64,000 nucleotides of DNA. It comes from the human T2T-CHM13v2.0 reference genome, Homo sapiens. The notes below the pieces were generated by a model, which worked only from the letters and a program-made list of their open reading frames with translations, made no database searches and was not told where the DNA came from. The stretch lies in NCBI RefSeq assembly GCF_009914755.1, contig NC_060936.1; one strand, written 5' to 3'. Of this stretch, positions 1-15,748 are shown in pieces. Numbering within the stretch: the stretch's first letter is position 1; each line of letters begins with the position of its first letter. A program made the position numbers and the translations under genes.

Positions 1-261
1 AATGTTTTATAATAATATTGTGTTAGAAAAATCCTGCCTTTTCCTTTTATATGTAATATTATTTCAGATTTCAGACTGTGATGACTTTTGTTCAGGTATG
101 ACTCTTAAATACAGCCTGAGATTTGTTTAATACATGGGTGTTTCCAGACATATGAGATACCAAAAAAAGAGGATTAACCATGCAAAACATTGAAGGTTCC
201 ACTGACAGTTCTGCCTTAGTGTTGGAAGTAGCTATTGTGTACATTGGCTTCTGAGCACCTT

Positions 262-343
262 TCTTAAACTCCTGGCCTCGAGTGATCCTCATGCTTCAGC
301 CTCCCAAAGCACTGGGATTACAAGTGTGAGCCACTGTGCTGGC
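262..343 (-). mobile_element. Alu left-monomer fragment
   Basis: ctcctggcctc..gtgatcctc..cctcccaaagc..gggattaca..gtgagccac. Confidence 0.8.
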
Positions 344-1314
344 AATGAGCAGCATTTTTATTTGTCTGTATTTACATATGAACAGGTCCTCCCGCTGAGT
401 AACAGGAAAACCAGGTTTGATTTCAGCATTGTCTTATTTTGCTGTATTATTTTTATTTTTATATTTTATTTTATTTGCTGTATTGCTTTTAAACTTGTGT
501 CTTGGTTTCCTACATTCTTGGTCCCAAGTTGGCCCTTCCAGCTCTAATATTTTATGATTATGGAAGATTTATCAGCAAAATTACCAAGTGATTAGTTCAA
601 ATTGCAATACCCTCTTTTTCTTTAAGAATAAATTCTGTCAAATAGCTACTTTGGAAAAAAAATCTAGCTTCATAGATGAATTTATTTTGTTAACCTACTT
701 CTTTGAGTCCAGAAACTGTTTTAAAAGGAAGGATTACTTTGATTTAATGATTTTATTTGTAAATCTGCTACTGTACATTTTTTAAAAAAATAAAGGTTTC
801 TGTGAACAAGTTATAGAAAAATGAAATATTGGAGTTGTGAAGGACAGTGATCTTTCCACTAAAATATGAAAAAGGCAAAAGGGCAAACTCATAACTCTGG
901 AAATAGTCATGGCGTCTCTTTACCAAATGCCACACTGTCCGCAAATGTGTGAAGTGTCTCTGAAGGGCTCAGTGGAAATCTAGCCAGGGCAGTACCTCTG
1001 AGAATACACCAACACTGTTGGTAACAGATGACATTTTGGTTATTAATGAAGTAAAGAACTGAAAACAGGAATTTAGTTGGAGACGGTCAGCTGGAGAGTC
1101 TATTATTATGTACACAATACTGTAGGTAACCAACTCAGTACTTACAGGACTAAAGGTTAAGACAACTATATTCTTCATGATAATGTCCTGGAAGATTTTT
1201 CTCATTTTAAAGCAGTCACTTTTGGCCTTTCTCCTGAACAGACAGATGACAAAAATTGATAAATGAGGAGCAGGTGAATAGAAGACAGAGCACTCTCCTT
1301 CAACAAACTGCAGT

Positions 1315-1320
1315 TTTATT
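1315..1320 (-). terminator. Distal poly(A) signal AATAAA
   Basis: Plus-strand tttatt; GU/U-rich sequence downstream on the minus strand. Confidence 0.6.
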
Positions 1321-2305
1321 CCTGTACTAGTGAGAATGTATGCAAGATGCTATATAGATTTTTTTTTTTACCACAGTTACAAATATAAAAATGTATTAAG
1401 CAAATACATAATTTAAATTGAAAGACTAAGGAAGTTCTTTGTTCAAATACAGTTAGTTAGAAATATTGTGGGTAGATGCTATAATATGAAAAAATAGAAT
1501 CATCTGCCATCTTAACTGGATTTTCAGAGAAATAATAAATGATATTAAAAACATAAAAGTGCTCTATTATAGAACATAAAAAGTTCAGTTGCTGTATTTA
1601 CTTACATTATTTATGCTTCACACAAATGAAGGAATGGCTAGATTAACCTGCACGGACAACAGTATTATTGGACACTGACTACCTAACATCCAAAATATCA
1701 GGCCAGGAGCAATTTCAAGAAGTGTGTGTAGAATGTCTATGAGCTGTGCACTAATTTCCACAAGGTAGGAGTCGAGACGAGATTAAAGACTTGGTCCTTG
1801 TTCTTGAGGAATTTATAAGCCCAATAGTCCTGCATAGAAAACCAGAAATACTCTTCCAGTAGAGCACTGGTGCACCCTCTTGTCAGTGTGGCAGACTAGG
1901 ACATTCCACAAAGGCTGGTACAGGCTTTCCTACTAACCTGCAGATGGAATGCTGTCCAACTCTGCCACAAACTCTTAAAGCCACAATTTCATGTGTTCCT
2001 TTCTTGATGGAGGTGCTTATCTACGCACACAGCTATTAGAACATCTCAGCATAACTGAACGTTTGTTCTTGGGGTGAGGATATTATTTATTAAAATAGCT
2101 ATAACCAATTCTTTTTGTGACTGTTCTAGAAGGGACACATTGCATTTGTCTGACATTATTCACAGTTTTGAATAACTTATTTTGGTGTCTTATATAAGAT
2201 CATGTGAATTGGCATAGAGGTTATAAAAATAATCTTTGGTAAACCTGTTAATCTCTTATTTCCATTACATAAGCCTCTATTTTCAGAGCATTCACCAACA
2301 ATTTC

Positions 2306-2311
2306 TTTATT
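2306..2311 (-). terminator. Poly(A) signal AATAAA (second AATAAA at 2376-2381)
   Basis: Plus-strand tttatt twice within 75 nt. Confidence 0.6.
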
Positions 2312-3570
2312 TAATAAGTGTATCTTATATAGACAATCTTTTAAAAAATAAAATGCCTTATTTGTGTTGCATACATTTATTCCGAGGGAGCCTCCCTACA
2401 AGTCAAGAGTATTCTCTTAGCCAGAAATACTTCTATTGCTAGAAACATTTTTAGAACAGAACAGATTTTTCCTGTTATCATGGCTGCATCAAATGTTACC
2501 CTGCATTTTAACTAAAATGGCCAAACATTTTCAAAGTCATCATGCACTACAAGAATCTAAGGCAGTGTGTCTAAAATGCCAAACCCAGTACATTTAGTTA
2601 AATATCTGGTCAATTCAAAAAGCAAAATAAATTGATTCAATTGTTTAATCAGTTAAACCATCTGGCCAACATAGAGTGAATCCTCAAAAGGGCAACATGT
2701 CCTAATAGAAACGTGTGACAGGATTGTCCAAGCACACCCAGGCCACACAGAAGAGATGCCATTTTATCTTCATGATGATGTCTGGTTAGATTCTGTTTTG
2801 CAAATATTTTCTCTTTGCATCATTTCACTTGCTTTTTGCAGTCATCGTTTACAGATTTTCCTTTGATAGGGAACATTCTTTGAATACCTGATGTAATTCT
2901 AAATTTCAGGTTAAAAATAGCAGGGCAGAAAATTAGCACGGCATTTTCTCCTTCAACTCTTCAGGAATGAGGTAGGCTTGAGGGCTTGCTCACTGCAACT
3001 TGGAGGAGGATCAGTTATTCCTTATTGCCACTCTGTCTTGGCTAATCAGTTATATTTTCATTTCCTCAGTGAAATGGAACCCAGAAAGCCCTTGAACTGC
3101 TATCATATACAAGCAGTTTATTACCTATTGATTTTCACCAGGTCAGGTTTGGTCTGGCTCATGTTTGTAAACTAAAACTCTAGAGCGTCTCAGAGTTTGG
3201 GCTCAGATACTACCACTGCTGTTGTGCAGATCTGGTAGCTTTATGATTTCAGGATTCCAACCTCAAAGAATTCTTAGAAAGCTAAGTGAATGAGAATTTA
3301 GTATATGGCCAATAATATTATTGCAAAAGGTAAGGAAAATGTTTAACATAAGAAACTGGATCCTTAAACAGCAAGGCAAGAGAATCAGCATGTGAAGGGT
3401 AGCATGTGAGGTCTATTTTTATATTGCTGGACATCTGGTAAATGGTTTAATATTATTTTCACATGTCATTTTGGGCTTTCTTCCGAGAGGTGATTACAAA
3501 ATTTATCAAAGACCCTCCCAAAGAAAACTGCCCCGAAAATGTCTGTGTGCTGTGTGCCTTTTAGTATTTA

Positions 3571-3919
<349 letters not shown>

Positions 3920-6716
3920 TTATACTCATGGGTATAAAAGATAATATGAACAGTAGATAAAAATCACATTCAACTGGGAAAACAAACATATTCAAGTAGG
4001 AGGAGTGGGGCAAGTAATAAAACAGAGGGACTCAGAGGTTTAAGGGATAGAGAATTACTTAGGACAAATATGTGCAAGCCCAGGTAAGAGAGGTGAGTCT
4101 TTGAAAATTCTGATTCAAGAGCTGAACAATTGGCTGCTTTCCAGAGAACAACAGAATGATAATACAAAATTGATTTAATGAGATGAGGTTAAAGGAGTTA
4201 ATTATAACGAACTTGGAAAAATAATTATTAAGATGCTAGATGGGACTCTCCCAAGATTTGATAGCTCAAAAGCACTTTGAAGTCTTGATGATTAAAGTGT
4301 ACTGCACAGGTACACAGACAGGATGCCCACCAAGACAGGAAATGGAGTGTTTACCAAGACATAACACATGATGCAATTAAATGGAAATAAATCCAATAGA
4401 GCTGAATGTCAAGGAAAACTTTTTTTTTCTCCTAAATTTAATAAATAAGTCAATTATATATTTAGTCTTCCCAGGAGTAGGAGCGAATAGTGAAATATTT
4501 GTTGCTAAGAAGGTTTAAAATTAGGTGTAGGGTAGGAATAAACATTTCCTGGGTTGGATTAGACTAAAAAAACCTACGATTTTTCCCTGTCATGTCCATT
4601 TACATAATTCTGATACTACCCTAGATGTTGCCAGAGTACGTGAGTGTTATTTACTATTACAGATGCATAGGTTTTTTTTATGGTTTTAACTCCTGGTTTG
4701 TGCAATTAATTGCTCTCTCTCCTAGATCCAGAGGTTTGCTATTAAAGTAGCATTAGCACTTTCCAGTGTGTGGCCTGTGGAAGGTGACCACTGTCCTAGA
4801 CTGGCTCAGTTATCCCATTCCCTTGATGAGGCTGTCTTTTAAGCTCAATTGAAGGTAGTAACAACAATCCTAACTTTATGAGGATTCTCTTTATGTGAGT
4901 AGAAATGTGTAGATTCTGGAACAGTGCCTAGCAGGTTGCAGATACTTACTAGAAGTTTTCTGAGTGAATGAAAAGTCGAAAATGAATGTATCCTTCCAAG
5001 CATTAATGTGCTTTGCATCAAGCAACATTAGTGTAAAATTCTGCTTTTTCTCTTTTTTCTTTTCAATGTAGGAAAGGTGATTTCTAATGGATGCCACACG
5101 TTGTAGATCTCTGACCTCTATTTTCTCGCTGGTGGTACATCTACTGCACTTACACATATGTTGTTCCTTTTCATTTCCAGAAGATTCACTTAGTTCCTTG
5201 ATACAGAATCAGAGCTTAAGACTGTCATTTCACAAGAGCATTGAGCACAATGAAACTGTGAATCTTTGAAGCTTATGATTATGCTTCACATTTTTGTAAA
5301 CTTCAAATAACCTTGGAAAAATTTCCAGATTGGGTGTAGAGTTATTTAATTATAAAGAACTATTTTAGGTATAGTCAATGATTTTCAATTATTATGTCAA
5401 TTACATTCGTTGTATTCACTTACGGACTTTATGGTAGGTTACAAAAATATATACTTTGAAAAGAAATATACTCTTTATGCAAAGGAAGCTATGCCATCAA
5501 CAAACTTGACCTCTAATTCCCAAGTTTATTACAGAAAAATTTGTAGTGTGAAAAAGGCAAACATCTCCAGCTCATCTTCTCAGGTATCTATGAAGATTCC
5601 GTACAAACTCCTTTCAAATTTTTCCCAGGAATGCTGTCGGAACTGGACCTTGATGAAGGAAATACTTTCTGACTCATTGGAATTTGTTATAGTCAAAGTA
5701 AGTAAGTAAGGCACAAATATTGAAGATAAACTTGGTACAGTATGTAGTGCCTTTTGTTATTAAATGCAACTTTGGGTGATTACTTGACATTTTGACTTCA
5801 TTGATTTACTAAAAGAAGTTTTGAAAATTTTACTGAAGACCACTGTTTTTGTTTTTGCTATTGTTTTTAAATTTACTATATATGATGTTTGTAGTCATTT
5901 CTATGAAAATGTTGGCATTAAGCCTTTTAATGAGGGGCACAATCTGCTACCATAATATTCTTTTAATGGGAAATCAAGTAGGAATGGATAATTGTGACTT
6001 TTCTAGGAATGGAGACCACTGAAAATGAGACAGAAACTAGTGTGTATAAATACATTACAGTATGGGTGTGGATGTTCACACTCCACACCATGAATGCAAT
6101 GAAAGGATCTCTAATCACTGTAGATAGTGCTTTGCATGTTATGTTTCCAGTCTGGGTATAGCTGGCATCTTATTAACAAAAGGAATTCATCACTTCTGTT
6201 TGGAATCATTCTCTATCAGAACCCTCAACCCTGCATCCTACCATCCTGGGCTTGCACTGCAAGTTACATGATCCCTGAGCTGACCACTTTGGCTTGAATC
6301 CCTGGAAGGAGAAAGGAGAGAGAGAGCAACTAGTTCAGACACAAGCATCTAGTTCAGCTTTGGTACTGCTTAATTCTTTTTTCTCCCTCCCTCTAATCCT
6401 TTTTTTGACTGTCACATTTGTCCTAATAGCAAGTTAGGACATGTCTGTTGGCTCTCGAGATTCATGGGACAGCAATGCAGCAAATCTAGCCATAGTATTT
6501 GCTCTCTCTAGCCCTGCCCTTTTTCCTGTCCAGTGAATATCAAAACAGGTAGAAAACATGGCCTGAAGGATTGTCTCTGCCACCACCTCCATATGCATTT
6601 TACCAGTAGTCCTGTCATACAGGTTGAATTAGTTTTATGTAGAACAAGTCATGAACACTTTAGTGTGGAAAAATAGTATTATATAAAGCTTAATATTAAA
6701 CATTATGAAAAATACA

Positions 6717-6753
6717 TATTTACAGAAGAAACTACAAAATACAACTATGTACA
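6717..6753 (-). promoter_or_regulatory. Tandem Pumilio response elements (UGUACAUA, UGUAAAUA) in proximal 3'UTR
   Basis: Plus tatgtaca 6746-6753 and tatttaca 6717-6724 match UGUAHAUA. Confidence 0.45.
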
Positions 6754-6922
6754 ATAATATCTGTTACCTTTAAATTATATAAAATTTTAAACATTCTCCA
6801 GATTAATAAATTATACATAGTATCAACAGAAATAGCTGGCACCTCTGTAGGGCATGAAGCAAGTTTTTAAAAACAAATCACACAGTGAATAATTTTTATC
6901 CAGGAGCTCTTCAGGTACATTC

Positions 6923-6945
6923 TCAATGCCTTGAATAGACTGGAT
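6923..6945 (-). CDS. PTPRB: PTPRB last exon coding part, DPVYSRH*
   Basis: tttcag|AT CCA GTC TAT TCA AGG CAT TGA; phase 1 matches previous exon. Confidence 0.92.
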
Positions 6946-7699
6946 CTGAAAGGAAGAACACTGTAATTAGAGACTGCCGCAGGGTGTGTCATAATTGTTT
7001 GCGCTGTTTATGAAAATTACCAATGTGAAAGACCAGCAGAAACATATAGCTCAACCTAGTTTAAGATGAGACCATTCCTATTGGGACCAGGTAATTCCAT
7101 TTAGAAAGACAGATTATTAGACTTGGAAGGGACTAGTGATTAGCCCATCGCCTCTGTTTTTATGGATGAAGCCATAGGCCCAGAGAGGCAGAGTAACTTA
7201 CTCAGGGTTACACAGCTTGTTACAGCTAGTTAGTTCGAGAGTTCGGACCTGAATCTTAGCCTTCAGCTACGTGGTGGTTATCCTTTTCTATACCATAGTT
7301 AGCTTCTTTCAGGAGTGCTCAAGATTACTCTAAAAAAAGATTCTTAAGTCAAAACAAGACAAAGGAACCTCCAAGATCCCTCAGAACTTGCTCATACTGA
7401 AGCCTCTTAAGGAATCTCCCATGCAAAAACCTTAATTTACTATACAGATAAATTAGGGTGTAATTTGTAATTATTCATAATACAAAATAATTATCTGATT
7501 TACAAAGGACTCCTCTAAATAGTAGCTCTTTATTTGTGCTTTACAGATGCTAACTCATTAACATACTGGCTAGGCTGGGTGGTAGAGAGAACTAAGTAAA
7601 AGGTTAGGAGACACTACCTGTTGAAGATCATTTAGAATGGAGATAAGAGGGTATGAAATAATGTTTGTCAAAGAAAGATTATCTGATTTATAGAGAGAT

Positions 7700-7935
7700 A
7701 CCAGTCCACATGGCAAGGAATTGTGGCTGCATCTGCCCACAGCCATGTGAACAAGCCATTATGAAGCGAGTCCTCCAGCCCCAGTCAAACCTTCAGATAA
7801 TGGCAGCCCCAGTCTAAGTCTTGACTGCAACCTCCTGAAAGACTCTGGGCCAGAGCCACCAGTAAGACAATAAATGCTGATTTAAACTGCTAAATGTTGG
7901 GGTAATTTGTTAGGCAGTAATAGATAACTAATACA
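7700..7935 (+). mobile_element. MLT1-type MaLR LTR, 3' part
   Basis: ccagccccagtcaaaccttcagat...gtaatttgtt...gataactaataca end. Confidence 0.7.
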
Positions 7936-8120
7936 ATCCTCCTTCACATTTGCAGTTTGCCTATGTGATAACTTAGGTCTTCACGATGGCCCAGAGTAAG
8001 ACGACGCAGGAGGACCCTTCTAGTCATTTAATTATTGCTTGACCAGAACTGTGCCTTGTAAGGTTTGTGTTTTTTTTCTATTGAATTTCCCACTTGAAAA
8101 GTGTTATGTGCTTATTCTAG

Positions 8121-8830
<710 letters not shown>

Positions 8831-9181
8831 TAATTTTTTTTTTGTTTTGTATATAGTGTGGTAGGAGAAATACAGGGTCACAAGATAAGAACATATGAAG
8901 GACCCTGATACCTTGATTGACAAATTATTTTCCAAAGGGATTTTACAATTTGAACTAGTTGTGATTTCAAAGAATCCTCCCCAAGTAGTAAAGCTTATTG
9001 CTTGGAAAAGAAAGGTTAAGCAGAGTCCTTCATAGCAGGCATCCTCAGCTAGGCTGGAAGAGATACCTTGTGAAACTGCTGCTCAGCTGCAGGAACCCCC
9101 TCCCTACCCTCCCTCTCTTCCCCGTTGCCACTCTTTATGGGTAGGAGAAGAAATGGGTGGTGTACATTGGAAGAGCTTTAG

Positions 9182-10044
<863 letters not shown>

Positions 10045-10243
10045 TCAGAGGAGGGCCTGTTCTCATGCATAAGAAAGATGAGAAACTCACAAACTGTTGA
10101 CAATGATGGGATTATATAGTTAGCAAATTTCTTGAACATCGCTTCACTAATGGTCTCTGGTAAATAAAAGAGTGACTGTCTTTTATTACCACTGAAAAGA
10201 GAACAATGGTAATGGGCAGAGAGGTGGCATTTTTCATTCTTTT

Positions 10244-10403
10244 TATATATATATGTGTGTGTGCATATATGTGTGTATATATGTGTGTATATGTGTGTAT
10301 ATATGTGTGTATATATGTATATATGTGTATACATGTGTATATATGTATGTATATATGTGTGTATATGTATGTATATATATGTGTATATATGTATGTGTAT
10401 ATA

Positions 10404-10434
<31 letters not shown>
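10244..10434. repeat. Compound (TA)/(TG) alternating purine-pyrimidine microsatellite, about 190 bp
   Basis: tatatgtgtg... uninterrupted RY alternation. Confidence 0.95.
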
Positions 10435-10436
<2 letters not shown>

Positions 10437-10539
10437 AATATTCTGTGAGAGCCTACAACTGTGTCTAGTACGTAGTAGGTCCTTTACAAATTGAGTAGAT
10501 GAACAAATGCCGGACACTCCTATGTAGCTTACGTAAATT

Positions 10540-10700
10540 ACCTCATTTAATGATTTCAAAAACCTTGTGAAGTAAATACAATTATCAGTACAAAGTGAGA
10601 CTCAAAAGTAACTTCTCCAAGGTCACACAGCTAAGAAATGGGGCCCTAGGGTTTGATCTTGGAGATGTGACCTCAAAGTTCATGTCTTTTTCACTACACC
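10540..10700 (-). mobile_element. MIR fragment
   Basis: ctcatttaat...aaggtcacacagctaag...ttcactacacca. Confidence 0.65.
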
Positions 10701-11619
10701 AGTTTTCTTAGATGAATCCCAATTTCATTGCATTACTGAATGAGAAAATCATTTCACTGCATACTCTGCTGGTTTGTTCCCTTTATTCTAGGAAGATAGT
10801 GAAAAAAAGGAGGTGTGTACAATAAGCCCCGCTGGACTGTTAGTTCTTTGAGTGCAAGGTCAGTGTCTTATCCACCTCTGTTCTCTCAGCATCTGGGTCT
10901 GCCACGTGGAAGAATCTCAAAGATGTTGGCTAACTGCAGAGAACTACAAGGGTTACATAGCGAGGACAGACCCATCTGTTGGCTATTTAAGAATTTACTA
11001 CTTTTGAAATATAAATAGATATAGAAGAGTCAGTGCTTTGGTGACCATAAAGACCTCCACTGCCACTGTGTCTCAGCCACAGGCAGCCAAGCTTGTGCAT
11101 TGGGCCCCCTTCCTTATACTCCCTGAGTTCTCTTATAAGGAAATTGATTTCTGCGGAACCTTCCCTTGCTGATAACTTCCCTTGCTGAGCAACTGCTCAG
11201 AGGGAGTTGTGAGCAGTGAAGGAGACTGGGCTCTCAGCAGCCTCCAGCCAGGCCAGGCTGAGCCATCAGGCTTCTGGGGATCCCAGTTTCCCCACTTATT
11301 AAACAAGGAGGCAAAGGTCTCTTTTATAGCTAACATCCTTTGTCTATTAAAGGATATAGATTGATGTCAGACAGATAGATATTGAAAAATATTTCCAGAC
11401 CTTGTGTTTAAGGCAATCAGTGTAGTCAGTCTTAAAAGTATTTTAGAGGTTTGAGATACAAAGTAGAACAATTAGCTCTTTCCTCACTAACAATCTTTCC
11501 AAGTAAACAGGTACTTATTTTTATGGGTTGGCACTAGATACTGTCCCTGATTGGAACCTAGCTTGGCCAGCTATCCATGGGACTATATAAGGTAGGTCTG
11601 GTATAATCAATAGATAAGA

Positions 11620-11937
11620 ACATTTAATTTAATTAATTTATTTATTTTTTAAGAAACAGGGTCTTGTTCTGTCGCCTAAGCTGGAGTACAGTGACACAAT
11701 CATAGCTCACTGCAGCTTTGAACTCCTGGTCTTAAGTGATTCTCACACCTCAGTCTCCTGAGTAGTTGGGATTATAGGTATGGACCATCAGGCCTGGATA
11801 AATTAAAAAAAAATTTTTTTAGCGACAGGATCTTGCTCTGTTGCCCAGGCTGGTCTGAAACTCCTGGCCTCAAGCCATCCTCCTGCCTTGGCCTCCCACA
11901 CTGCTAGGATTACAGGTGTGTGCCACTGTACCCAGCC
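11620..11937 (-). mobile_element. AluJ-type element
   Basis: Alu consensus, TSD agaacattt/ggacattt-like. Confidence 0.92.
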
Positions 11938-13385
11938 TAGAAAAGGACATTTTAAACAAATCAATAAGAAGTGAGGCCTGCAATAATATTGATAACTATT
12001 CTCTGCTTTTCTGCTCACAGACCTTTGTCATTTATTATGAATGTTACATGCAATCTCAATCTTGAAAATCTGAGAAAGGTACAATCTGAGAATGGTTGTT
12101 AGTATAAAGCAGTCTCTTTTTGCTACCTTAAAAAGGATCCACCAAATTATAGGCTGACACCTCCCTGTTTCCTCCCACCCAAAGCATAATTCATCTTTTC
12201 AGTTCTACTGGGATATTACATTACTTTGGGACTTTAGAGGTAAGCTGTGAATGAACTCTAGTGCATCTGTGCTATGGCCTATTAATAAATTCTTTAACAA
12301 TGATTCACCGTGGGCTTTGAAACAAGTTAATATCTATTAATTTGCCTTGCCTTAAATACAAATTCTTCCTTTCCCAATAGAACGTCCCTTTGAAAATGAT
12401 TACTACTAAAACGGTGAGATTGTTAATGTGCTTCTCACTTTATTCTTAATGAAAAGTAGACAAAATATATGAATCTCAGATCACAAAAGATAATTTTTTG
12501 TTAACTGGTGAAGGCTTGGCTTAGTGTTCACACATTCAGTTCCATTCAATTTCATCAATATTTGGAGTATTAGATATTATTTATAGTATTACAGTCTCTT
12601 TGTGATCCCTGAGTGCATGGCTTAGTATTTAGTGAACAAATACCTATAAGATGCTAAACATCAGATACAATTGTGTATAAGGTTTCATACAGGAGAGAAA
12701 GCCATTAGGCTCACTTTGAGGGGAGGAAACTATCAAGCTAAAGAGAAAAGGTGATATTTATAAGAATTCAAGCAAAGAAGTAAGGCAACATAACATACAA
12801 TTTCACATATATTCTGGAAACCATGAGAAGTCTAGTGCAGCTAAAATGCTGGTTGCATGGGTCATGGGAAACCCCTCGAACAATGCCCCAAATGCAACCT
12901 GAGGTCCTTAGTCCTACAACATCTCAGTGTTTCCTTCCCAGGAGAAGCAAATGAGATTGAGACTGTGACTATCATCTATTGTTCTTTAACAGGTTATTGC
13001 TCCCTTAATGTGTCTCTCAGGGTCAGGCTGCAAATTTCCCTCAAAGCAGCATAAAAGAAGAAGGGACACTCACAAATCCCCTGACCAATGCCTCTTTGTT
13101 TAGAAATGCTTGCTGTTTGGAAACTTGTGAAGACCTGCATCCCTTTGTATCTCAAATAAAGACAGAGGTAAGTTGAAGTTCACTGTCACCATGGACCCAG
13201 AAAAATAATACAAGGGGTCCAAATGTCCTCTGTCTTTTGCTGAAATAGTCACCCACAGGGGCTCAGCCACAGATCACACCCCTCTGCACCCACTCCCATT
13301 ACCAAATGCCAGCTCTAGCACCAGGGTTTCTGAGCCTGTAGAAACAACTCAACTTCAGCAGAGGCTTAAAGCAAGGCAGATGATA

Positions 13386-13510
13386 CTAGGTTGATGCAAA
13401 AGTAATCACGGTTTTTGCCATTAAAAGTAATGCATTTAAATGCCATTAAAATGCAATTAATGCCATTAAAAGTAATGGCAAAAACCGTGACTACTTTTGC
13501 ACCAACCTAA
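13386..13510. mobile_element. MADE1 (Hsmar1-derived MITE) with expanded spacer
   Basis: 37-bp TIRs ctaggttgatgcaaaagtaatcacggtttttgccatt / aatggcaaaaaccgtgactacttttgcaccaacctaa, flanking TA TSDs. Confidence 0.93.
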
Positions 13511-13669
13511 TACCTGGATAGCATTTGGAATTTTGTTTGAGAAAAAAGGGAGAGAGAAAATTTTATCTTACTGCAATGTTTATTTCATTATGATGGAAAG
13601 ACTGAAAGTGGATTCTGGCCCAGGTGGGTAAACCTTCCTTAATCTGGCAGACCCTAAACACTGGTGGTG

Positions 13670-14600
13670 GCTAGTACGATGACATGAAGCTGGAGGAGTA
13701 AGTAGGGGCCAGGTTATAAAGAAGCTTGTACCCAGGATGAGGTTTGAACTTCATTTTACAAGCAGTGGTGAGCTTTTCACGATTTTTTTGCAGGGAGCTG
13801 GCAGAGTCAGCAAGGGAACTTTGATGGTGGCAGTGGTGGCGAAGGATCATTAGGGCAGAGCTGGAGGCAGGAGACCCATTAGGAGGCTACTCATTAGCAG
13901 GGCTAATGAGAGTTGATCAAGGGCAGTGGCAGTGGGATGAGGGGCTAGCTCCAAGGGAAGGAAAGGACTTCGTGACTGCTTGGATGTGGGAACTGGAGGA
14001 AAAGAAATCCACTCCATTGAGCCCAGGAGTTTGAGTCTAGCCTGGTCAACATAGTGAGATCTTATCTCCCCACGTAAATAAACAAACAAAAAATAGAAAT
14101 AATAAATAAATGCACATATCCATGCATGTAAGCATGCCAGGTGTGGTGGTGCACATCTGTAGAAGATTGCTTGAGCACAGAGTTTGAATCCAGTCTGGGC
14201 AACATAATGAGACTGCATCCCTTAAAAAATATAAGAAGTCAGCTCCCTGGCTTGGGCAAACACATGGATGGCAATACTATTAAATGAAACTGGAAGGTGC
14301 AAAAGCAGGAGGAAGGTTTTTGTTGTTGTTTTGTGTTTTGAAAGAGAATGAGTTTGACTTTGATCTTTTTGAAGTTAGATGGCTATAAGGCTTTTGGGGG
14401 GATCCATCTGGTAGGCGGGCATTTACATGTATGCGGAGGCAGGAGATTAGATTTGGGTAACATGAGCATGTACAGGAATGGAGAATATCACAAAGAATGA
14501 AGACTGAGAGAAAGGGTGGTGCCTTGAGGACAAAACCTTGGGGAACTCAAACATTAAGAAGGCAAGCTGAGGAACTATGCCACAGTGTCCTCAGTGAGGC
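13670..14600 (+). mobile_element. L2 fragments interrupted by Alu monomer fragments (about 14017-14230)
   Basis: Purine-rich L2-like text (ctggaggcaggagacc..ttaggaggct) and Alu pieces. Confidence 0.6.
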
Positions 14601-15364
14601 AGGAGGAAAAGGAGAACAGAACAGGGAAAAGATGGAGTTATTTCTAAGGAGAAGGAGGAAGAGGAACATTGTGTTACCTCTGCTCTGAAAGTCAGCCAGT
14701 GATATTGACAGTAGAGTCCCTCCTAGTTGCCAAAATGCATTATGAGTTTGGGGCAGGTGTATGGAGGTGATACATGGCCCAAGAATCCTTTGACAATTAC
14801 TAGAGCACACAAATACACACAGTTTGAGACTATTTACAATACGATAACCTCCTCTTTCCCAAGTTACAAATTAATTAGGGTTTGAGTTTGTGAAAGTGAC
14901 AATAAACTAACAAAATATTAATGCTGACTTTTTAGCAACATAATTGTAGGATATTTGTTCATTCATTTAAAAGATTAAAAAATATTGAGGATATAGAAGA
15001 GGAGGAAAACAGGCTCCCACCCTCTAGGAATGCATAGTCTTGTGGAGAAAGCTGAAGGATAATAATTAATAAGAAGGATAATAATTAATAATTATGATAC
15101 AGGGTTATATAATTCTGCAACCTTTGATGAAATAACAGCGCTAGGCAGAGGTCATCAGTGGCTGCTAAAACCATTAAGTGAAGGGTTGATGGGGATAATG
15201 AAGGGTTCAGGCTGACACTGCCTGAACTCACTGTCAGTTTCCTCAGCGCTGAAAGAGAGACAGACATGGTGATCTGCCTTCTGATGTCATGCAACAGAAA
15301 GCCCTCAGCACCACCCATGAAGCATTGAGTTTAATCAGGCCTCTAGATCTAACCACCAGCTGAC

Positions 15365-15408
15365 AAAATCCATGGGGAGTAGAGGAAAAATCCATGGGGA
15401 GTAGAGGA
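15365..15408. repeat. Perfect 22-bp tandem duplication
   Basis: aaaatccatggggagtagagga x2. Confidence 0.95.
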
Positions 15409-15748
15409 ATATATTACCACCATGAAAAAGCAATCAGCCACATCTAGAATGTGGGAAAATCTGCCGAAGAAATCAGCTGGCTTCTTTAACAAATAAATAT
15501 CATGGAAAACAAATGGGAGGGAGGATTATAGATTATAGAAAGATTTCAGAGACACTTCAACCAAATGAAATATGTAAACTCTGGATTCTAATGAAAACCA
15601 AATATAGTTTTTTATAAAAAGTAATTTTTTGAGATAATTAGGGATATTTAAATACTGACTGGATATTAGGTGAGATTTAGGAATAACGGTTAAGAAAGAC
15701 ATAGATGTGATAATGACATTGTGGTCATAGTTTTAAAGAGTATCTCAA

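Noticed and set aside
1-1299. Possible neighbouring gene or antisense lncRNA exon downstream of PTPRB
   Set aside because: Only short ORFs and an Alu fragment; no promoter, CpG island or exon chain identifiable from sequence alone.
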